DNA of 59,824 nucleotides from Escherichia coli (GTDB lineage Bacteria; Pseudomonadota; Gammaproteobacteria; Enterobacterales; Enterobacteriaceae): NCBI RefSeq assembly GCF_003334255.1, contig NZ_QOWU01000028.1; one strand, 5' to 3'. Shown piece by piece: positions 51,291 to 59,824 of this stretch (position 1 is its first letter; each line of letters starts with the position of its first letter). The notes under the pieces were generated by a model. It saw only the letters and a program-made list of their open reading frames with translations, ran no database searches and was not told where the DNA came from. The position numbers and the translations under genes were made by a program.

Positions 51291-52781
51291 ATGAGTACTA
51301 CAACCCAGAATATCCCGTGGTATCGCCATCTCAACCGTGCACAATGGCGCGCATTTTCCGCTGCCTGGTTGGGATATCTGCTTGACGGTTTTGATTTCGT
51401 TTTAATCGCCCTGGTACTCACCGAAGTACAAGGTGAATTCGGGCTGACGACGGTGCAGGCGGCAAGTCTGATCTCTGCAGCCTTTATCTCTCGCTGGTTC
51501 GGCGGCCTGATGCTCGGCGCTATGGGTGACCGCTACGGGCGTCGTCTGGCAATGGTCACCAGCATCGTTCTCTTCTCGGCCGGGACGCTGGCCTGCGGCT
51601 TTGCGCCAGGCTACATCACCATGTTTATCGCTCGTCTGGTCATCGGCATGGGGATGGCGGGTGAATACGGTTCCAGCGCCACCTATGTCATTGAAAGCTG
51701 GCCAAAACATCTGCGTAACAAAGCCAGTGGTTTTTTGATTTCAGGCTTCTCTGTGGGGGCCGTCGTTGCCGCTCAGGTCTATAGCCTGGTGGTTCCGGTC
51801 TGGGGCTGGCGTGCGCTGTTCTTTATCGGCATTTTGCCAATCATCTTTGCTCTCTGGCTGCGTAAAAACATCCCGGAAGCGGAAGACTGGAAAGAGAAAC
51901 ACGCAGGTAAAGCACCAGTACGCACAATGGTGGATATTCTCTACCGTGGTGAACATCGCATTGCCAATATCGTAATGACACTGGCGGCGGCTACTGCGCT
52001 GTGGTTCTGCTTCGCCGGTAACCTGCAAAATGCCGCGATCGTCGCTGTTCTTGGGCTGTTATGCGCCGCAATCTTTATCAGCTTTATGGTGCAGAGTACA
52101 GGCAAACGCTGGCCAACGGGCGTAATGCTGATGGTGGTCGTGTTGTTTGCTTTCCTCTACTCATGGCCGATTCAGGCGCTGCTGCCAACGTATCTGAAAA
52201 CCGATCTGGCTTATAACCCGCATACTGTAGCCAATGTGCTGTTCTTTAGTGGCTTTGGCGCGGCGGTGGGATGCTGCGTAGGTGGCTTCCTCGGTGACTG
52301 GCTGGGAACCCGCAAAGCGTACGTTTGTAGCCTGCTGGCCTCGCAGCTGCTGATTATTCCGGTATTTGCGATTGGCGGCGCAAACGTCTGGGTGCTCGGT
52401 CTGTTACTGTTCTTCCAGCAAATGCTTGGACAAGGGATCGCCGGGATCTTACCAAAACTGATTGGCGGTTATTTCGATACCGACCAGCGTGCAGCGGGCC
52501 TGGGCTTTACCTACAACGTTGGCGCATTGGGCGGTGCACTGGCCCCAATCATCGGCGCGTTGATCGCTCAACGTCTGGATCTGGGTACTGCGCTGGCATC
52601 GCTCTCGTTCAGTCTGACGTTCGTGGTGATCCTGCTGATTGGGCTGGATATGCCTTCTCGCGTTCAGCGTTGGTTGCGCCCGGAAGCGTTGCGTACTCAT
52701 GACGCTATCGACGGTAAACCATTCAGCGGTGCCGTGCCGTTTGGCAGCGCCAAAAACGATTTAGTCAAAACCAAAAGTTAA
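51291..52781 (+). CDS. nanT: Sialic acid transporter (MFS)
   Basis: Start at [22 protein letters not shown] (496 aa); multi-TM. Confidence 0.95.
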
Positions 52782-52828
52782 TCCTGTTGCCCGGTCTATG
52801 TACCGGGCCTTTCGCTAAGGGAAGATGT

Positions 52829-53514
52829 ATGTCGTTACTTGCACAACTGGATCAAAAAATCGCTGCTAACGGTGGCCTGATTGTCTCCTGCCAGCCGGTT
52901 CCGGACAGCCCGCTCGATAAACCCGAAATCGTCGCCGCCATGGCATTAGCGGCAGAACAGGCGGGCGCGGTTGCCATTCGCATTGAAGGTGTGGCAAATC
53001 TGCAAGCCACGCGTGCGGTGGTGAGCGTGCCGATTATTGGAATTGTGAAACGCGATCTGGAGGATTCTCCGGTACGCATCACGGCCTATATTGAAGATGT
53101 TGATGCGCTGGCGCAGGCGGGCGCGGACATTATCGCCATTGACGGCACCGACCGCCCGCGTCCGGTGCCTGTTGAAACGCTGCTGGCACGTATTCACCAT
53201 CACGGTTTACTGGCGATGACCGACTGCTCAACGCCGGAAGACGGCCTGGCATGCCAAAAGCTGGGAGCCGAAATTATTGGCACTACGCTTTCTGGCTATA
53301 CCACGCCTGAAACGCCAGAAGAGCCGGATCTGGCGCTGGTGAAAACGTTGAGCGACGCCGGATGTCGGGTGATTGCCGAAGGGCGTTACAACACGCCTGC
53401 TCAGGCGGCGGATGCGATGCGCCACGGCGCGTGGGCGGTGACGGTCGGTTCTGCAATCACGCGTCTTGAGCACATTTGTCAGTGGTACAACACAGCGATG
53501 AAAAAGGCGGTGCT

Positions 53515-53518
<4 letters not shown>
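52829..53518 (+). CDS. nanE: N-acetylmannosamine-6-phosphate 2-epimerase
   Basis: Start at [22 protein letters not shown] (229 aa). Confidence 0.95.
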
Positions 53519-54851
<1,333 letters not shown>

Positions 54852-54870
54852 AACTTAGTTCGTTTTAAAG

Positions 54871-54895
54871 ATTCTGCAGACACTGTCTGCAGAAT
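54871..54895. repeat. Perfect palindrome ATTCTGCAGAC-act-GTCTGCAGAAT between convergent yhcH and yhcG stops
   Basis: 11-bp arms, 3-nt spacer; same motif family as the three palindromes inside yhcG; likely 3'-end hairpin for both transcripts. Confidence 0.7.
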
Positions 54896-54910
54896 TCGAA
54901 ACCGCTGAAA

Positions 54911-56038
54911 TTAACGGCGTCTATAGCCTTCCTCTAGCACCGCCTGTGTTCGAACGAGTTCATCTGCGAGTCGTTTCTCATCAGGTAGTTGCATCTTATA
55001 TTCGCTTGCCAGAACGGTGTTAGGCAAACCTGCCAGAGCATAATGCGCTTCTCCGGCTCCTTTCTCTGCACAGAGAACCAGACCGATGGGCGGATTTTCA
55101 TCCGGTAGCGTCCAGTGCTCTTTGGCGTAGTTGAGATACATATTCATCTGTCCGGCATCGCTATAGCTGAATTTGCCCACTTTTAGATCGACGATTAGCA
55201 GGCAGCGTAAACGGCGGTGGAAAAACAGCAGATCGACACGAAACCAGTTGTCATCAATGCGTAACCTTCGCTGCCGACCAACAAAGGCAAAATCATCCCC
55301 AAGTTCCAGCATGAAATCCATCAGGTGGTTGATCAGCGCCTCCTCAAAATCGGATTCTGAATATTCATCTTTCAATTCCAGAAATTCGAGCACAAAGGGA
55401 TCGCGTATCGCCTGTTGCGGAAGAATATGCGTCTCGGCAGGAGCGTGTTGTTGCAGCATGGCTGATTTGTCATGTGACAGTAGTGTCCGCTCATAAAACT
55501 GGGTCGCAATTTGCCGCTCTAGCTGGCGAACAGACCAGCCACAGCGGAGCGTCTCTTTTTCATAAAAGCTGCGGGCGTCAGCGTTTTTAACGGAAAGTAA
55601 ACGGACGTAGGTGGACCTGGGCAAGGGGAAAGATTTGGCAGACAGCGTCTGCCAAATCTTTGCCGATGGGAATTCTGCAGACGGTGTCTGCGGAATTCCC
55701 AATGGTGTTAATTCGCCAGACATTGTCTGGCGAATTTCAACATGTTGAAAAAAGAGGTAAAAAAGCCTCATTTGGCGTAAGTTTTTTGCAGAGAACCCAC
55801 GCTTATACCTTAGACATAAATCCTTTGATAGTCGCTTGATTAGCTGCGCACCATACGCAGCCCTGGCCTCGCCACCTTGTTCAAATTCGACAATTCGTCG
55901 GCCAATTTCCTGGTACGTCGCGGTCATTAACGCGTTAACGCTACGTACCGTTTCCGTCCGGGCGCTATCGACCAGATGAATAATACCGTCGTGGATTTGC
56001 TGGTAGCCTGCTGTGGTTCCTTCTGAGAGCGATTCCAT
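54911..56038 (-). CDS. yhcG: DUF1016 / PD-(D/E)XK nuclease-like protein
   Basis: 375-aa ORF; contains three tandem 13-aa repeats encoded by palindromic 39-bp DNA units. Confidence 0.85.
   Translation of the reverse strand: MESLSEGTTAGYQQIHDGIIHLVDSARTETVRSVNALMTATYQEIGRRIVEFEQGGEARAAYGAQLIKRLSKDLCLRYKRGFSAKNLRQMRLFYLFFQHVEIRQTMSGELTPLGIPQTPSAEFPSAKIWQTLSAKSFPLPRSTYVRLLSVKNADARSFYEKETLRCGWSVRQLERQIATQFYERTLLSHDKSAMLQQHAPAETHILPQQAIRDPFVLEFLELKDEYSESDFEEALINHLMDFMLELGDDFAFVGRQRRLRIDDNWFRVDLLFFHRRLRCLLIVDLKVGKFSYSDAGQMNMYLNYAKEHWTLPDENPPIGLVLCAEKGAGEAHYALAGLPNTVLASEYKMQLPDEKRLADELVRTQAVLEEGYRRR
55628..55735. repeat. Three tandem 39-bp units, each a 27-33 bp palindrome, inside the yhcG coding sequence
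   Basis: AAAGATTTGGCAGAC-agc-GTCTGCCAAATCTTT (55628..55660), GGGAATTCTGCAGAC-ggt-GTCTGCGGAATTCCC (55667..55699, one mismatch), AATTCGCCAGAC-att-GTCTGGCGAATT (55709..55735); centres 39 bp apart. Confidence 0.85.
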
Positions 56039-56222
56039 TATCTGTCCCTTTATATGGAGCTAAGTTGAATAATGGAATGAGCTATACTCTGGGGGGTGAG
56101 CACTGAACAATTAAGAACAGCGTATTACATTTACTTTCCCCAAGATATGCGAAGAGCTTTCCTGAAACATTAACCGATCGTATAAAACGAATGCCTGATA
56201 GTACTCCTGTCCGGCATTGTTA

Positions 56223-56939
56223 TCACAAGTAGACTACGCTTATCACAGCTTTCCCATCAAGTTCGATTTTTTCTGAACCGCCTAAATCATTCGCGATAGA
56301 TGCGCTCACCTGAAGCGGTATAATGGCGTTCGTTACAGGAGTTGGGGTTGTTTCACCTGGTTTTACAAAGGTGTAATAATAGCTTTGATCGACTGCAAGC
56401 GGATAAGCGGTGAGCGTTTGCCATGCTCTTTTTTGCCCTGTTATGACGGCATCTGCACCTGCTATTGATACAGCTAACGTCTGGCTACCATTGCTGGCAC
56501 TAATGTTGTTGCTATCAATTAACACGGCATAACTACCGATATTTTTATTATCTTTTGTTTTCCCTAAGCCGAATAAGCGCGTTGTCTGGCTAATATAACC
56601 TCCGCCATTTAAGGTATATTTTACACCACTCTGACCCCCACTATCTTTTCCGGTGGTCATACTATCCATTCGTGTATCACGAGCGGTAATCGCAATGCCG
56701 GTAGCGGATTCGCAAGTTATAGTCATATTAATATTACGTGTTCCAATCTGTGTGTAGTGCTGCGTTGAAAGTCTATTGACTGAATGACTACCGAAGTTAA
56801 CAACTCCGCCGTTGCTTAGTATTGGAGTACAAGCTGCAGCTTCCAGAGTCACCTTAACGTCAATTGATACTCTATCAGCGGCTTGCGCTGACATGGCAAA
56901 AAAGGCACTTCCGGCAATCAGTAATTTTACATTGTTCAT
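56223..56939 (-). CDS. yhcF: Fimbrial-like protein (putative adhesin/tip subunit)
   Basis: 238-aa ORF with signal peptide MNNVKLLIAGSAFFAMSAQA; downstream of yhcE. Confidence 0.8.
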   Translation of the reverse strand: MNNVKLLIAGSAFFAMSAQAADRVSIDVKVTLEAAACTPILSNGGVVNFGSHSVNRLSTQHYTQIGTRNINMTITCESATGIAITARDTRMDSMTTGKDSGGQSGVKYTLNGGGYISQTTRLFGLGKTKDNKNIGSYAVLIDSNNISASNGSQTLAVSIAGADAVITGQKRAWQTLTAYPLAVDQSYYYTFVKPGETTPTPVTNAIIPLQVSASIANDLGGSEKIELDGKAVISVVYL

Positions 56940-57487
56940 TTTGCCTCCACCAGGACCGTCAGATTGCCTGTAATATCTGTCATGTCGGTTAGTTCCCCTT
57001 CATCCTTAAAAGCTGGAGCCATTGTCAGTGTGAGGCTAACGCTTTTACCGCTATCAATTACCACTTCTTGACCATTTTGCATAAACACCAGCCAATTATT
57101 GGGGGAAGTACTAATTGATGCTGTTCCTGTGCTGCCCGGATTGTCATTTTTGCCACTGGCTAACGCCAGGTCGAGATTGTTACTACCTGAAAATGCATCG
57201 CTGGCGATCAGATTTAATGAACCATTCGGGCCAAATCCAAATCCGTTGTTGGAAATATTAGCGGTATTCAACTGAACACGAATATGAGCGTCCTGATCGC
57301 ATTGCATTACCAGCGTGATTGTTCTGTCTGCTAATTGTGTTGTTTTACCCCGGTCAACTTGGCGCATGGCAGCACTTCGTTTGCCATAGTCGATATTTTG
57401 TATGCTACTGGAGATATTACACTCTGCCTGAGCGGCCATGGCGAAGTTCAGCAGCAGGCATCCTGTTATTATCCGTTTCATTGGCAC
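56936..57487 (-). CDS. yhcE: Fimbrial-like protein, intact ORF
   Basis: 183-aa ORF with signal peptide MKRIITGCLLLNFAMAAQA; overlaps yhcF start and yhcD stop. Confidence 0.75.
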   Translation of the reverse strand: MPMKRIITGCLLLNFAMAAQAECNISSSIQNIDYGKRSAAMRQVDRGKTTQLADRTITLVMQCDQDAHIRVQLNTANISNNGFGFGPNGSLNLIASDAFSGSNNLDLALASGKNDNPGSTGTASISTSPNNWLVFMQNGQEVVIDSGKSVSLTLTMAPAFKDEGELTDMTDITGNLTVLVEAK

Positions 57488-59824
57488 TCTCCTGTTGCTG
57501 TCTCATAGAACACATCTTTTGGTGCATCTTCTGGGAATGTAAGGTGAATACGGCATGATTGCTGCTCATCTTTTATATCTAGCACCATGTCCGGTTTGAT
57601 GTTATTGAGGAATACAACACCGTCATCCACTGATGTTGTCAGATAGTTGCCTTCACTATCTTCAATCGCAACGCCTCTGGGCAGTTTTTTGCCGTCGGAA
57701 AGTGTGATATTGAGTAATGCACGGCGTTGTGTTATCGCACTGAATCCGACTTTCCCTACTGCACCACGGCCTTGTTTGATCATTTTTGTGCCGTTACCGA
57801 TATCGACATTTTTTGGCAAGCTGGCGGTATCGATCTCAACTCCTGATGTTCGCCACGGCTGGATTGATGGAATGACGGCATTACCCCGAAAATCTGTCCA
57901 TACTGGGCCTGCCTGAGATGTAATTCTGACACCTGCAATATTGTTATCCATTTTTGCGATGGCGAAAGTGTCATTGATAGTCCACGGTGAAAAGGTCACT
58001 CCCTGATCATGTACGGCAATACCACCTGACATCGTACCGTTGTAAGTACGGCTATCACTGCCGCTTGCTCCTGCGGCAAGGCTGACTTGGGTGTAATGGA
58101 GATTGGAACTGATACTGCCGTTCAAGCTCGTTTCACGTTCGTCGTGATCTCGTTCAGCATTCACATAGTAGGACATCTCATCTGAGACGACTCCCATGAC
58201 ACCAGTACCATAGTGGGTTTTATGATCGTCATGGCGAGTATACAGTGTGGCGGTGTTTGATCTGCCAAATGGAATACTGATGTTGACGTAGAACAGATCA
58301 CCATCGTCTTCATTATTTTCTGAAGCACTAAGTTGATGCTGCCAGTTGACGGAAACCGTGGCGTGTTTGAACGCTTTGTTCCAGTTAATATTAAGGTTGC
58401 TTGAGTCATTGTCACCGTCGTAACTATATGTTTTATAGCCACTGATGTTGAAACCACCCAGAATGGAGTTAGACCAGTTTAAACCAAGCGCATAAGTGCT
58501 TTTAGTCGGATCGGTATAATCATCATCAATCGCTTCAGACAGTTCGCGATAATGGCGATCAGATCGAGTGAGGCTGGTTGTTAGCCCAAGTGAAAATGGG
58601 AGATTGTAGTTCGCGTCAAGACGATATTTCTGTCCTTGCAGTGAGTCTTTCGTATCCTGCGATGTACTAATTTGGCTGCTCACTGTTAAATCGGGCAGGG
58701 GAACCAGACTCGACCGGATTGATGCCGCCTGATAATTTTCTGCTACGATAACGCCGCCGTTCATTGCACTCCAGCGTGTCAGATTCCATCCGCTCGATGC
58801 ACTAATTACCCAAGGTGATTCGTCATAGTCATCGTCTACCCGCCCTATCGCGAAGCGATAACCCTGGAAGCTTTCTACATGCTGATTAAACAGGGTGGAG
58901 GGAACAATATAGTTGTGCGAACTACCGTCTGTTTCGACAACGGTGACATTAAGATCACTATTACCATTGCGAACAGGTACATCAGGGATAGTGAATGCGC
59001 CCGCAGGAACCAGAATGGAATGAATTAAAACTCCTTGTTGACGAATCTCGACACGAGCCTGAGAGGTGTTGGCTATACCAGTAACTTGCACACCACTGCC
59101 GCTGGTTTGCAATGCGTTGTCCGGTGCGATTTCGATACCGTAAATACTGGCTCCTTCCAACACGCTATTATTGAGGTTAACTTCACCTGCTCGCATGAGT
59201 GTTTTAAGATCTGTAAAGGTACGTTGAAGGTAGGTTGACGAGTTCTGGTTACTGAATGTGCCATTTGTTTGTGTAAGGAACTGATGGCTGCGTAACATCC
59301 AGTCATTAATATTAATCCCGCCTTCAAGTGCAGCCTGGGAGTAGTCCGAACTCCCATTAGAAAATTCTGCACGGCTGCTCATCAGAGAGTAGTTTAGCAG
59401 CGCAGCTGTTCCACCAGTTGCTGCGTTTGTGAGATCCAACCCTATGGGAATGATCGCCTGTGGTGAAACGATAATATCTAACGCTTCCTGGTTAGGTAAT
59501 GGTGTGATTGTGGTACCCGGGTAGGACAATATATAGTCGTAACAGCCATTTTTTTCTTCAGAAGGAATTTTTAAACCGGCTTGTTGCAGAAATGCCTGAT
59601 CAAGACAAATGTCGCCATTTTCATCAAAGCGCGTAGCAATGTTGCCTTTTTTTTCGCCATTTACTGATACTATCAGTGAATATTCACCTGGCAAAAAACG
59701 GGCTGAACGGGAAAAATAATGCGATATATTAGGATCTACACCTAGTGGGTAATGACTCCAACTTATTGATAGTGTTTTATGTTCAGATAATGCCCGATGA
59801 CTTTGTCATGCAGCTCCACCGATT
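57478..59824 (-). CDS. yhcD: Fimbrial usher protein; 5' end unresolved (continues past window edge or disrupted)
   Basis: 738-aa ORF from TTG at 59694 is clearly an usher (LPGEYSLIVSVNGE...); the same frame continues upstream for 42 codons to an in-frame TGA at 59806..59808; no signal peptide within the window. Confidence 0.8.

Noticed and set aside
59806-59808. Possibility that the in-frame TGA in yhcD is decoded as selenocysteine or read through
   Set aside because: No SECIS-like hairpin follows it and ushers are not selenoproteins; a nonsense or edge effect is more parsimonious.

Overview
The window reads as contiguous enterobacterial (Escherichia coli-like) core chromosome with no mobile element, prophage, CRISPR array or foreign gene block. 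It runs from the distal end of an rRNA operon (5S rRNA, tRNA-Thr, second 5S, tandem terminators) through yhdZYXW, yhdV, acrFE/acrS, yhdU, yhdJ, fis-dusB, prmA, panF/yhdT, accCB, acuI, csrD, mreBCD, yhdE, rng, yhdP, a BIME/REP array, tldD, aaeR/aaeXAB, yhcO, yhcN, argR, mdh, degS, degQ, zapG, zapE, rplM-rpsI, sspAB, dcuD and nanR/nanATEK-yhcH, to yhcG and the cryptic fimbrial genes yhcF-yhcE-yhcD, with yhcD running off the window edge. Gene calls rest on the supplied ORF translations, recognisable motifs and remembered protein lengths; start codons were trimmed to remembered lengths where the ORF track over-extends; no database search was possible. I found no evidence of a novel multi-gene system: every ORF above about 150 aa is accounted for by a well-known gene or is an antisense shadow ORF. 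The most unusual structures seen directly are three in-frame tandem 39-bp palindromic units inside yhcG with a fourth copy just beyond the gene, an in-frame TGA in the 5' region of the yhcD usher gene, a 91-bp tandem BIME array, and two related GC-rich hairpin elements after tldD and nanA.
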